Assembly (NCBI GenBank): GCA_003693705.1
Contig: RBZT01000588.1
Coordinates: forward strand, 145,256-209,255
Direction of reading: 5' to 3'
DNA: 64,000 nt
DNA from: Polymyxa betae A26-41
Taxonomy: Eukaryota; Protista; Endomyxa: Phytomyxea
Every line of letters begins with the position of its first letter. The first letter of the stretch is position 1. Shown in pieces: positions 50,093 to 61,097 of this stretch. Made by a program: the position numbers and the translations under genes. The notes under the pieces are model-generated. The model was given only the letters and a program-made list of their open reading frames with translations. It did no database searches and was not told the origin of the DNA.

Positions 50093-50277
50093 TCAAATTC
50101 AGTATTCCCGCGCGGCGTGCTCACAGCCTTCCGGTCTGCATCCATCTCAATGCAGTATTCTGATGCTGTTTGCCAAAGTTCGATATATTTACAGAAGAAT
50201 TTGTATATATTCATATAAAGAAACGATTTAGTGAACTTTTATTGTCGCAGTTGATTGACGCATATAGTCAGCAATTC

Positions 50278-51025
50278 ATGTCGACGCCAAGACGTTCTTC
50301 GAGGCGTCAACAGAATTCATCACCTCGCCTTTCAAACGACTCATTAGTCGCATCGGTCTCTTTGAACATTGACGGGGCCGATGCTAATCCTGTCGAAGCT
50401 GCCCAAGAATTAGATCCAGGGAGGCGGCAGCCTGAGGTATCTAACTCCCGGTCTATACCCCAATCGGACATCGTAATCTTGGCAGTCAAATTCAAACGGA
50501 TGCTTGCAACTTAACTTGTGTTAACAGATTAACAATCAGTGTGCAGCCGACGGTTATCGTGCTTTTCTGGAAAACCAGGGGTCTGTTGGCAGTAACGATC
50601 TGCAAAATCTGGAGAGGCAATTGGAAAGCGCTATCGACACATTGTGGCAGAGCGCCGTGATTGTGGAAAATTTCACAGACCAGTCTCAAGAGAAAATTTT
50701 TCATGCAAATATTCGCAAGTACATGGGCTATCTTAGTAATATTTCCAAGATCGCATCGAAAATCGACATCGAAATCCCAGGCCGTGTTCTAACGTCGGTT
50801 TTTCGTTGCTAATTATGTTGTCCGTCATTCGTCTAATTGGAACTCAGAAAGATCGATAGCGGTGGTAACCCAGACTTGGTCACAAAAGAACTGGCAGAGA
50901 TTTGCAGCGCCAAGAACGACGAAACTCGGGGCAGGATCTTTTCTACGCGAATATTTCGAGACATTTTTCAAGCGGAAGTTGACGCCTGGAATGAGAAAGC
51001 TCCTCTCGACGATGATGTCATATAA
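50278..51025 (+). CDS. MED10: Mediator subunit MED10 (Nut2)
   Basis: LESAIDTLWQSAVIVENF...IEIP...IDSGGNPDLVTKE...KNDETRGRI. Confidence 0.85.
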
Positions 51026-51030
51026 AGTGA

Positions 51031-51654
51031 TTATTTACCGATGGCATTGTTTACCTTTTTGTTTCCCATAGGAATTCGTACAGGGACGTGCGGGAAGTCG
51101 ATCTGGGCCATCCAATGCGGCGTCCAGCGAAGGTCAATGGGATATAATCGGCTCGTTTTCCATCTTAGATTCACACGTTGCTCTCTTTGAATCGATTTCA
51201 ATGATGCTCCATGTCTCATCATTGCCTCGGTGGTCTGCCGATCATGCAATCGCATTTGTTTTTCATGATTCAACTGTTGTCGGAAATACTCTTTCTCGTT
51301 ATTCCTCATTGCGACAACTTGTTCAGGTGTTGGGTAATTTTTGAACGACGCTTTTCCTTTGTATCTGTCTTCAGGACGATTCAATATCGGGCTTGCTAAT
51401 CCAGACTCAGCTTTGACCAGTTGTTGGTTCAGATCCACTTGTAGCAACTTCTGTCGGAGTGTTGACCTCGACCTTATAACCGCACATGGGATATCGGAGC
51501 GGTAGGTTAGCGGCTGTTTCGAATTTGTCTCTTCAAATGAAAATAATTCTTTGTCTAATTCGTAAATCGCAGTTTGTAGTGGATCTGGGGCATTGCTTTC
51601 TTGGCTAATTTGCATCTCTTCTGCATTCCTGGCTAGTGAACGGCCGCGTGCCAC
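51031..51654 (-). CDS. Hypothetical protein
   Basis: 207-aa ORF; start uncertain; no family recognised. Confidence 0.5.
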   Translation of the reverse strand: MARGRSLARNAEEMQISQESNAPDPLQTAIYELDKELFSFEETNSKQPLTYRSDIPCAVIRSRSTLRQKLLQVDLNQQLVKAESGLASPILNRPEDRYKGKASFKNYPTPEQVVAMRNNEKEYFRQQLNHEKQMRLHDRQTTEAMMRHGASLKSIQREQRVNLRWKTSRLYPIDLRWTPHWMAQIDFPHVPVRIPMGNKKVNNAIGK

Positions 51655-51764
51655 AGTCGTGCATTTTTTACACTATAAAAGATTTAAAGCGAAACCAAAA
51701 AAAGCGTGCAAGTTTGTTGTGAAATCCTCTTGTGTACGCCGAGACGAAAATATCTTATACGAAC

Positions 51765-52617
51765 ATGGCTGCAATCGATGATCAGCGACAAGAACCCGGC
51801 GCCAAGCGGATCGCGCCGGGATTGTATCAGCTCGCTGAACTCTTAAATCCCACAAAACAAGCGAATCTGTTTCGATCGCTGCGATCGGCTTCGACTCAGA
51901 TGCGATACAATCCCAGCTCCGTCCTTCCAGCAACAGAATCTTTACCGATTGCTGGCAGCAAACAATCGTCGGTTTGGAAGACACCCAGAGTCGTTGATCC
52001 CGATGAACTTCTACCTCCTTGTCGAATTTTAAAACGGCACCAGATTGAGCAATTGGTGCTGTTGAACACATGGAAGAATGACGACCTGTCGATTCCGTTC
52101 GAATGGGTCAATATCTGCGATAAAGCTGCCGACCTAGTCCACGACATTCTGTCGCCTTTCTTTCCCGCCTTAATTCATTCGAGTAAGGGGCAGCACGGCT
52201 TCAGTCTGGCACTGCTAATGGCGCACAGACATGTATTTCACCAACGACCAGACTAGGTTTCGATCGGATGCCAAACTGCCCGGCTGGCGAGTTTGGGTAT
52301 CATTGGGCTGTAAAGCGAACGTTGCTGTTCATGCAGGTGCGAAGACGCTAAACTTGGAGATGTTCTCGGGCGACGCATTGGTGATGAATACGTCACCACG
52401 ATATAATTTCGATATAGCTGTGATGGCCATACAACTGGGCACCTGTCCACCATCATTAACCAATATAGATGTGCGACTTCAGAATGGCAGATGCAATCTG
52501 ATCCTGGCAGAGGATGCCAGACACGATACGGTTCGCGATAAAGAGCGACTTCTGCGGAGAACATTCGAGATCCACAGGAAGAAACTGTGGAAAAAACAAG
52601 CTCCGTTTGTCCAATAA
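51765..52617 (+). CDS. AlkB-like 2OG-Fe(II) fold protein, apparently degenerate
   Basis: PGLYQLAELLNPTKQANL; VWVSLGCKA...LEMFSGDALVM...GRCNLIL resembles the AlkB jelly-roll; metal-binding His residues not evident. Confidence 0.55.
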
Positions 52618-52652
52618 GCATGCTTTGGCCGCGAAAAGCTGCAAAATGTTTA

Positions 52653-54223
52653 TCATGATATGACCCATCTTCGTCCACCATCCTCAAACACGGCACGAAT
52701 GAATCCCTTTTGATGAAGCGTGTCGATCATTAAAGTAATCATACCTTCAGATTGGTCTAAGGTTTTCACCAATGATTGCAATGACTGTTGGAAAGTCAGC
52801 TCTAGTGAAGATGAAGAGGACAGTCATGTTTACCAGCGGTTGTGTAGTGCTCTTGAAACAATTGAAAACTTCCATGATTTGCTTCTGTGCATAACCAGAT
52901 CGATAAATACTTGGAAGCTTACTGAAGTCCAAAAGTGATGACCGGTCAGCTTCCAATAAGGTTTTAAAGCGAATCTCATCGTCTTCAGACTGCAGGGAAA
53001 ACGAGTCAGTTGTATCTTGGTTTATCAGCGCGCCTATATCAGCTAGTTTCCGAGTGGATGGTTTCGGTACAGAAAATGAGATGGACTGATCCAAATCGGA
53101 TCCATCAAACTCAGCTGGTTGAACGATAAGCAAAAAACAACAGAATGGGAAACGACTATCGCATACGTAAGCGGTCGGAAGGAAGCCGTCTTGGGGAATC
53201 AGATTTAACGGATGAGATAAAAGACAGATCCAGGCTGGACTTAGTCACGGCATCTTGTCGAGCCTGATTAGGATCGATATTGAATTGTGGAGAGTTCAGA
53301 GTTTGGCGGAATGGAGGTGATGAGAAATCGGGAGTTTGCAGGCATTGACTGATTACAGTATTAGGCTTGGCAACTATTCCTGAGATTTGCTTACTCAAGA
53401 CGAGAATTAACGATTTGCCGATTACACGTGGTAGATGACATATCGGGTGTTTTAGAACTGGACCTGAACCATAGTTGAGCTCATCGAGGATTGCTCAGTG
53501 GATAAAGATTACTCAATCCTTGGTGTGGCTTCAGATGCAGCTGCTTTCTTTGACGTTAATAATGGCGATTTCAAGTCAGGCGTAAGCCTAGATAACATCT
53601 AAATGACGGCACCGGCTGCCCAAAACGATGGAAGTACCCAAGCGATAATGGAACGCCAGATTTAGGCTTTGAGCTAATTAACGGTGAAGTCAATTGAGGC
53701 GTCAGATGCGTTGGTCTATCAATAACTTAGATAGCGTTGAAAAGGCAGAAAACCCCAACCTATCCGATTTGTTGATTTGGAATCCTGATTCCAAAGGCAA
53801 TATCTCAGGAGAAACAAATTGAGGACGATGATTCCTGGCATAAATCAGTATTTCTTGTCAGTTACAAAGTAACGCTCAACTCTTTTGAACGTTCTTCAAA
53901 ATCAGCCTCATTGGGCGTCTCCTGAACTACAGGCACAGCGCTCGAGGCATTCTCTGATCGACACTAAGCCGAAATTGAAATCGACGAGGTTAGGATGATA
54001 AACCTGTTGAGGATCCCAGAGGTTCAGCAGGCCGATAACCAGCGAAGAATTGAGTCCACGTTTGCAGATGTTGGCTTGCAGAACGTATCGCCTGCGTATA
54101 CTGCTGTGTAGCACGATGGATTCCAGTAACCACGGATACGATCGAAGCCAGATGGACATCGATGCGCTGCAGATCGGAAGTGATGGCAATCTCTATTTCT
54201 TCCACCGACTCATACTGATTCAT
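52653..54223 (-). CDS. ASK1: DASH/Dam1 complex subunit Ask1-like
   Basis: EEIEIAITSDLQRIDVHL...QQYTQ...WTQFF matches the Ask1 N-terminal signature; long Ser/Pro-rich middle; folded-looking C-terminus. Confidence 0.72.
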
Positions 54224-54587
54224 TTGGGACAAGCGATGGGGTGACGGGGTCCCCCAGCACAACTCCTCAACAAGCCAATTGAATATTCCGCCACTCTACT
54301 GTATACCCAACTTTCGTTTATTAATTCTTGGCGTTGATTTGTGATGGCGTACTGAATACTCGAGAAGTCAGGCTGTCAGAATGGGCTTGCGATCATTCGA
54401 ACTGGCTACCGATAAAATCTGAATCATGCCCATGACCCTTCAAAGGCATCGAGGTAATTTACCAACATATTCATATCCTTTGGTTTAATGCACGATGCTC
54501 ATAGGCAATGTATTCAGACTATCTGGAAGGGTTTTGAGCACCTGCTTGTGGCCCTGATGCCCGTCACACGTGATTTAGCCAGGGGAG

Positions 54588-55557
54588 ATGGCGGATCTTC
54601 AGATACAGGATATCGATTTCGAGACAGTTCGAACATGCAACGATGTCAAACGGTTGAAGGTCATGATCCAGTTGCTGAAGGATGAACCTTATTACCCCGA
54701 GCTGTTGGCATCTGCCATGGATCGCTTAAAGGAACTGTCTCCGGATTCGGCTCTGGAGATGTCTCCAGCTTCGTTTCTTGAGATCCCGAATGCCTCGGAT
54801 CTCGTCTCCTTTCGCGATTGGATCTCAAAACAAAATCGAATTGATGAGGAGTATACTGTCTGCACCATTTGTTTCGGTCAGTTTACTGCTTTTTAGGATA
54901 TGCACAAAAAAATCTGCTCCAATTGGTAGTACCGCCCCTGGAGAAGTTCCAGCCACAATTCAAGCTAATGAGCACAGGGCACAATATCTGAAAACAATCG
55001 GAAAAGAATATTTTAAATCGCAGGACTACAGTACTGCTGCCAAATATTACACAAAGGCTATTGAAACAGCCCCACCTAATTCTGAGACCCAATCAGTTTG
55101 CTATTTCAATCGTGCTAATTGTAACTTCCAGCTGAAACTATGGAAACAATGTGAAAAGGACGCCACATGTGCTCTCGAAATCAATGCAGAGTACATCAAA
55201 GGTAATATTGGAATCTCTCTGAGTCAGAAGCATTCACTGCTGCTCAATAGCTCTGTTTGTGCGTGCTAAAGCAAGAGACCTGCTACATAAATTTCAATTA
55301 GCTATCGACGATCTTAAATTAGCTTTGAAGCTTGATCCTGAAAATGATAAGATATCTTCGTATCTCCAAACAATGATTTCAAAAGTTCAGGTCGTAACTG
55401 AACAGAACTTGGATGCATCAAGTTCGTTCACAAGACTAAAAATTGTTGAAGTTGAAGAAGATGATGATGAGGGTAGTATTGTTATCAATTCAAGAGAAAT
55501 TTGAAATTTTCAGAGATACCACTTCCAAAGGTTCACGTTCATTCGACACTGGCGTAG
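54588..55557 (+). CDS. SPAG1-like TPR co-chaperone (dynein assembly factor)
   Basis: DIDFETVRTCNDVKRLKVMIQLLKDEPYYPELL resembles the SPAG1 N-terminus; one 3-TPR unit (KTIGKEYFK...YFNRANC...). Confidence 0.75.
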
Positions 55558-55567
55558 TCTGTCAACT

Positions 55568-56702
55568 TTAATTCTGCAACCTGTTTTGCACTTGAGTATT
55601 ACCAATTATAAGCCAGCACCGCTAAAACACTCACAATCTCAAATCCTTTTGCCTTTGCTGGATCATTTCCGTTAGTACCTGCATTTGGTTAGCTGTGACA
55701 GTTTCTTGTCTTTGTAACCTTGAGGAAGCAGTCAACCATGTTATCTGATAGAATTATATGAATAATAACCATTGTGTCCCCGTTTTCATGAATTCAGAAT
55801 TCTTCATATCGCCAAGTCGATTCTCTTTGAGAAGCGTGCTGATAATGTCTTTCTCTTGGTCTATCCAGCTTGTAAATTCCAGTGTAATACCTGATTTGAC
55901 AATAGAGATGAATCTGTTATGATATGAACGTATTTACTCTGTAGATCTTTATTGCCTGCAGTAGCAATCCTTTTGGTCTCATTCAGTTCGCAAGTTAATT
56001 TTGCAATCTGTGAACTAGCAGCGTTCTTCGAAGCAGCAACCCCAGCGATCTTCCGTTCGATATTGAGCAATTCTGCTTCAAGTTCCTTCACCTGCTGAAA
56101 TGTTATCACGTTAGCCTCCATTGACTTGGACTACTTCTTGTGATGTAGCGGCTTTTTTCAAAGAAGTAGCTATCAGGGTTTCAAGCGCATTCTCATGCTG
56201 ACTGATTTTCTGTAAACTGGATTCTTCTAAATACCAGCAATGGTTTAGCATAGTGCGGGTTTACCAGAGCTCGACCTGCTCGCATTGCGCTCCCTTAGCC
56301 TTCTGCTTCGCTAAAGTGTTCTCTTTGAGCAAGAATTTTTTTTTTGCCTCCTAAACCGCCTCAAGACGCTAACATGTTGCCAGTCTCATTATACATCTAC
56401 GTTCATCGGATTGGAAATGTCACATAATATATGCCTCTTGGCCTCTTGCTGATACAGCCCGGAAAGATCGGATTTAACCTGATCAAGCTTCTTCTGCAGT
56501 AAACATGTTTCAGCGGGACGCCATTCAATTTCTACATTACGACTTGGTTGGAAATCAAGCACTGCCTGGCCACCTCCCGTCTTTGCTGGAGATCAGTACG
56601 TAGGCTATCCTGCAAATGCTGAGCGGCATTGATCTGCTGCAGCTCCTTCAGCATGCGTGCCATAAGGTCAGCACTTCGACTGCCCTCATCAATAATCGTC
56701 AT
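55568..56702 (-). CDS. Hypothetical coiled-coil protein
   Basis: Multiple heptad-rich exons (56532..56702, 55861..56121) with splice signals. Confidence 0.55.
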
Positions 56703-56864
56703 GGTGATATCCAAACGGAATTGCTGAATGAAAGAGCAGCCCCATCCCAACCCCAAAAGAACACTACAACATTTACCGTGATTTGAAGTTTGACAATGCA
56801 AATACATTAATGTTTATTACAAAAACGAAAAGTGGTCTTCGTTTGCTCCATGTACTGAGTATCC

Positions 56865-58421
56865 TCAATTGAGATCAAACAAGTCGTCGTCGTCGTCATC
56901 ATAGTCCAGAAATCGAGAGTCGAAAGAAGTGAACCCGAAGGAATCTACAGACCCGCCTGACAGGCCCCGTTGCCCATAACCAGAACCGACCTCGCTTACA
57001 GAGGTTTTAGACAACCCAGTTCCAATACCATATGAACCAACTCCAAGATTGCCCATAGAGGTTGCAGACAGCCCAGTTCCGACACCAGATAAACCTATTC
57101 CGGCATTGCTCTTAGAGGTTCCAGATAAACCAGTACCGACTCCAGATAAACCGCCAACATTGTTCATTGAGGTTGCAGATAAGCCAGTTGCGCCACCAGA
57201 GAGACCGGCTCCAACATTGGTTATAGAGTCTCTGGATAACCCAGTTCCGATGTTGCTCATAGAATTAACTCCTCCATAGCCTCCAGAAAATCCACCCCCG
57301 AGGCCAAACGTGTTCGAGCCCAGTTGCTGTCCTCCAGTTCCATAAAAGTTCGACGACGATCCCGAAAAGACACCACCAATCCTGTATGGTTGCGACTTCA
57401 CCGAGTAGATACCTCCTTGTCCCAATGAACTACTGCTGCTTACACCAAATCCAGTTCCACCATAACCTCCGACTCCGAAAATTTTGGAGCTGGGGCCCTT
57501 TGCTCCAAGGATGTTTCCACCACGTAAATACGAATTTGACGAGAATGTGATGCCGCTAGTGGGATGGTGTCCGTATAATTTCAGAGAGCCAGCGCCGCCT
57601 GGATAACCACCGCCGTATTTTCCTGCCGCTATGTGAATATGGCTTTTCGTGAATGAGCTGGGACCAGAGCGCTTCGAGGAGGCTTGATTCCCAAACGACG
57701 AGAATGCCTTGCGTCCAGACTTTCCGTTCTTATGAGCGCTAGTTTTCACACGGGCAGAGTTGGATTGGTTTTTCGATGCAGCATTGGCTGCTCCTTGGTC
57801 ATGTAGGTTGAGCTTATTCTGTGCTGTACGTGATCGAGCCTTCAGACCCTTGTTTCTAGCAGCAGCCTTTCGGGCTTCGGAGTCCTTGGACGATGACTTC
57901 GCGGAGGCAGTGTTGTCTTCAAAGCTGTTTGTAACATCGCTGGCTTTCTTGGAGTAAATATTGATGTTCTTGGCCCGGCTGTACCTTTTAGCATGCTTTT
58001 TCGAAGCCTGAGCGTTTCGTTCCTTCTTTTTGGCAGAAGCCGAACCTGCTGCCTTGTTATACAGATTCTTACTAGCGTCATTGCTATCTAATGCCTTGCT
58101 CAGTTTCTTGTTGTGATTCTTATTCGCGGATGCCGCCTTCAAATGTTTCTTCGCAGCTGCGTCCTTGTTCGCTCCTTGTGAATACTGATCATACCCCAAG
58201 TTATCAACATTGTTCTTTTTTAAGGAATAGCCATTGTTTGAGCTGCCTTTGTAAGCCTTGATATCCATGGCATCGTTATTGTCATTGAAGTTTCCATCAC
58301 CATAACCTTCATGGTGGCCATGATGGTGGCGATGGCCTCCATCAACATGGCCCGCCAACGCCACCATCGCCAGAAGCGTCATGGCAAAACAAAGAGTCAT
58401 CAGAGACATTGTAATTTTCAT
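56865..58421 (-). CDS. Secreted structural-type protein A: His-rich N-terminus, Lys/Ala/Asn core, Gly/Ser/Tyr-rich tail
   Basis: Intronless 518 aa; signal peptide MKITMSLMTLCFAMTLLAMVALA; core paralogous to 61098..62066. Confidence 0.88.
   Translation of the reverse strand: MKITMSLMTLCFAMTLLAMVALAGHVDGGHRHHHGHHEGYGDGNFNDNNDAMDIKAYKGSSNNGYSLKKNNVDNLGYDQYSQGANKDAAAKKHLKAASANKNHNKKLSKALDSNDASKNLYNKAAGSASAKKKERNAQASKKHAKRYSRAKNINIYSKKASDVTNSFEDNTASAKSSSKDSEARKAAARNKGLKARSRTAQNKLNLHDQGAANAASKNQSNSARVKTSAHKNGKSGRKAFSSFGNQASSKRSGPSSFTKSHIHIAAGKYGGGYPGGAGSLKLYGHHPTSGITFSSNSYLRGGNILGAKGPSSKIFGVGGYGGTGFGVSSSSSLGQGGIYSVKSQPYRIGGVFSGSSSNFYGTGGQQLGSNTFGLGGGFSGGYGGVNSMSNIGTGLSRDSITNVGAGLSGGATGLSATSMNNVGGLSGVGTGLSGTSKSNAGIGLSGVGTGLSATSMGNLGVGSYGIGTGLSKTSVSEVGSGYGQRGLSGGSVDSFGFTSFDSRFLDYDDDDDDLFDLN
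56990..57260 (-). repeat. Imperfect Gly-rich peptide repeats (GTGLSxTSxxNxGxGLSG)
   Basis: About 5 copies visible in the translation of the 56865..58421 ORF. Confidence 0.8.
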
Positions 58422-58571
58422 TCAGGCTGAATACAGTAAGTGTGAATTGTCGATTTTTTGGTGGGATAGCTCCGGTTCGTTGCCCGCTCGCCTCCGGTTC
58501 CGAGCACGAACCTTCCTCTCATGCCGAAGTTGCCACATGTTTTGCAAGCATTTCCCCTGAGCCTACATCAA

Positions 58572-58583
58572 GCCAGCTGACCG
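58572..58583 (-). promoter_or_regulatory. Candidate shared upstream element CGGTCAGCTGGC (gene A)
   Basis: Identical 12-mer lies in the same relative orientation upstream of paralogue B. Confidence 0.45.
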
Positions 58584-58733
58584 ACCAAATCGCCAATCTG
58601 GAACTAGTGGCTCTTAGGGAAGCGACTGCCGGTACCCATCTAACCTTAGTTTTACGTTTTTAATGTGCTAACTGTAACGTAAGAGTATTGCTCTCCTGTC
58701 AAATGGAAAATCTCACTCTATGCTCTATGCTTT

Positions 58734-59945
58734 CTATTTACTAAGTTTGTCGAGATTAGCCATCTCTTGGGAGCATTTCAATGAAAGGGCCTCGAACCTC
58801 CTCACATGAGCAGAGAACGGCCTGGTTGGACAGCTACTGGTCGCCACATCGGCATCGCTCCCCCATGGGCTCTTGAGCTCCGGTCTTGGTGTATACATCT
58901 TTGATCTAAACGGTGGCGCTTCAAGTATGTTTGGAGTGTATGCTGGAGGATTAATATTCACTTCCGACCGACCCGGAACCAGCTTCATGCTAGCGAGCTG
59001 AGGATCTTCGGGAATTGCTCGGATCTGAAGCGGTATCGGCTGCGGTTCCATTATTCTCGGTACTAAAGAGCCATTCTGAACCATGTGCGATCTGGCAGTT
59101 CGTTGAAGAGGAACCTGTTTGAGCTCGGATAGCTCTAGATTGCGCTTGTGCCAATCGGTGAGCTTGTCGTGGTCGGGATGGTCCCAGACTGTCAAGTTCG
59201 GAGTGGATCGATGCAGCGGCCGACAACGAGTCGATAATTTAGTGGGAGATGCCGGCCTGGCAATGGCCATTAAAGTCGCTAATCGAGCCGCCTCTGAATA
59301 ACATTCTTTTGAAGGCTCGTCTCGATCAAGAAATGGCTCTTGAAACTCGACGACAAGTTCGCGAAAACCGTTCTCGCTACCACGCTCACAATTGATTAGT
59401 AATCGTTGGCGACGAGCGTTGACATCAACACCAAAACTTGTCAGCGAATTGGCGACCTCAGCAGCGGTACGCAAACCAAGATGGAGATCTTTGAACAAAT
59501 TTCGTAACAGGCCTCGTGAAACTTGGGTTGTGTTTGCCCGTAGTTTGCTGTTTTCAGAATCCCATTTATCTCCAAAGATCATATATTGACGAGTATGATC
59601 GAATGAAGTCGATGCAGGCAATGCCACAGGGTTCGATGATATTAAGTCGAAATTATATCTGTCACCATCTGGAATCGTCAACGCATGGAGAAGCCTAGCC
59701 AACGACAAAGGCGGCTTCCTCGCCGTTGTGTAGTATGCATTTGTCAGATGGATCCCTTGGGCTTTCAATGCAGCGCTTAGCTTGGCTGTAGTTATCTCGC
59801 CCAAGTCGTATTTGGAGAAGAGGTCGACGATGATTGCCCGCTTTGAATGGACATTGAGCTTCAATTCGAGCCCGGATTGATGGCAGAACTGGCCAGAAAT
59901 CCCATCGTGACCTACATCAGCCGGTTCGGTAACAGCCATTTGCAT
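58734..59945 (-). CDS. Hypothetical 403-aa protein with two degenerate EF-hand-like modules
   Basis: Intronless ORF; DLFSKYDLGEITTAKLSAALKAQGI and NLFKDLHLGLRTAAEVANSLTSFGV. Confidence 0.6.
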   Translation of the reverse strand: MQMAVTEPADVGHDGISGQFCHQSGLELKLNVHSKRAIIVDLFSKYDLGEITTAKLSAALKAQGIHLTNAYYTTARKPPLSLARLLHALTIPDGDRYNFDLISSNPVALPASTSFDHTRQYMIFGDKWDSENSKLRANTTQVSRGLLRNLFKDLHLGLRTAAEVANSLTSFGVDVNARRQRLLINCERGSENGFRELVVEFQEPFLDRDEPSKECYSEAARLATLMAIARPASPTKLSTRCRPLHRSTPNLTVWDHPDHDKLTDWHKRNLELSELKQVPLQRTARSHMVQNGSLVPRIMEPQPIPLQIRAIPEDPQLASMKLVPGRSEVNINPPAYTPNILEAPPFRSKMYTPRPELKSPWGSDADVATSSCPTRPFSAHVRRFEALSLKCSQEMANLDKLSK

Positions 59946-60102
59946 TCTTGTCAGACGTACATTTGATCGATCTGGTCAAGGTACAGAAGAAACAAGCATT
60001 GTATGGAGACAAAAATTATAACTAAGAACCTTTCAAAAATTAAAATTCAGATTAAGACAGCATACAAAAGACTGGTTATTCTTGGACGGTCAGTAAAGAG
60101 GT

Positions 60103-60727
60103 TTACGACCGATCAACGTCCATTTTATCTTCAGATGTTGTAGGAACATTATCCACGATATCGTCTTTGCGGTTAGACAGACATGTCAATGAATGAAATA
60201 ACAACGACATATCCTTCCTTGTTGAATCCATACGGCGCTGTAGCTGATCATGTTTTTCATTCAGCAATTGGATTTCTGCTTCAAGCGTTGATATGTTATC
60301 CGCCGATTCCCCACGGCTTGGCAGCTGATTGTAAGCTTGGGCCAGAAGTCGATATTGATCGTAACGCCCTTTGGTATCATATGCCTCTTTCAACTCTTCT
60401 CTTAGCACTTGGATCTCCTTGGTTACGGAATCGATCAGGGCCGTATATTTATCATGTTTTTCAGCATACGTTGCGCGCTCTCGCTTGGCGGTTTCAATGA
60501 TTGTATGTGTCTGTGAAATATCGAAAATTAACGTATCCAATTCCGCCAAGAACTCGTCGTTTTTCTCGATGATATCCGGCGACAATAATCTCCTAGCGAG
60601 GGACAGCACCAGATGATCGCGAGCGACGAACCTTTCGGCCGTAATCTGATCTGCGAACGCATCAGGAACCCCGACAACAACACAGCAAGCTTCGACAACG
60701 ACCTGATTCAGACAGTGAAGTCGCCAT
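60103..60727 (-). CDS. THOC7: THO complex subunit 7
   Basis: ERATY...IQVLREELKEA...QYRLLAQAYNQLPSR...RKDMSLLFHSL matches the THOC7/Mft1 pattern. Confidence 0.85.
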
Positions 60728-60905
60728 TGGAGACCTTCTAATACAAAATGAGCGTATATGCGCACTTAAACATCTGCTCTTTCAAATTCGATTCGTGTTA
60801 TTATCCTTTTAAAATTAAGATAAACGTCTCAAACGTCTTTATTGCTTGGCTTTACATTGCTAGGTAATTGGGTAGGCTTGCCGAAATAGTGGTAGGTCGG
60901 TGGGC

Positions 60906-60917
60906 CGGTCAGCTGGC
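60906..60917 (+). promoter_or_regulatory. Candidate shared upstream element CGGTCAGCTGGC (gene B); TATAAA at 61012-61017
   Basis: Same 12-mer as upstream of paralogue A; contains the E-box CAGCTG. Confidence 0.45.
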
Positions 60918-61097
60918 GGCGACGGATGCCGGCGGTGAACTTCGGACCGGGTGGTCGGGCAGGAGATTATGGCATTCGGAACGTATATCGGCCCGAATCG
61001 GAACCGATCGTTATAAAGCCGACGTTTTACGTAGGTCTGCTGCTCATTCCGATATTTGCTTGTCGACAGCAACAAAGAACCTGAACCATTGTCCAAG

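Noticed and set aside
55539-55557. Apparent overlap of coding exons on opposite strands
   Set aside because: Frame tracing of the minus-strand gene gives a stop at or before 55568, so no coding overlap is needed
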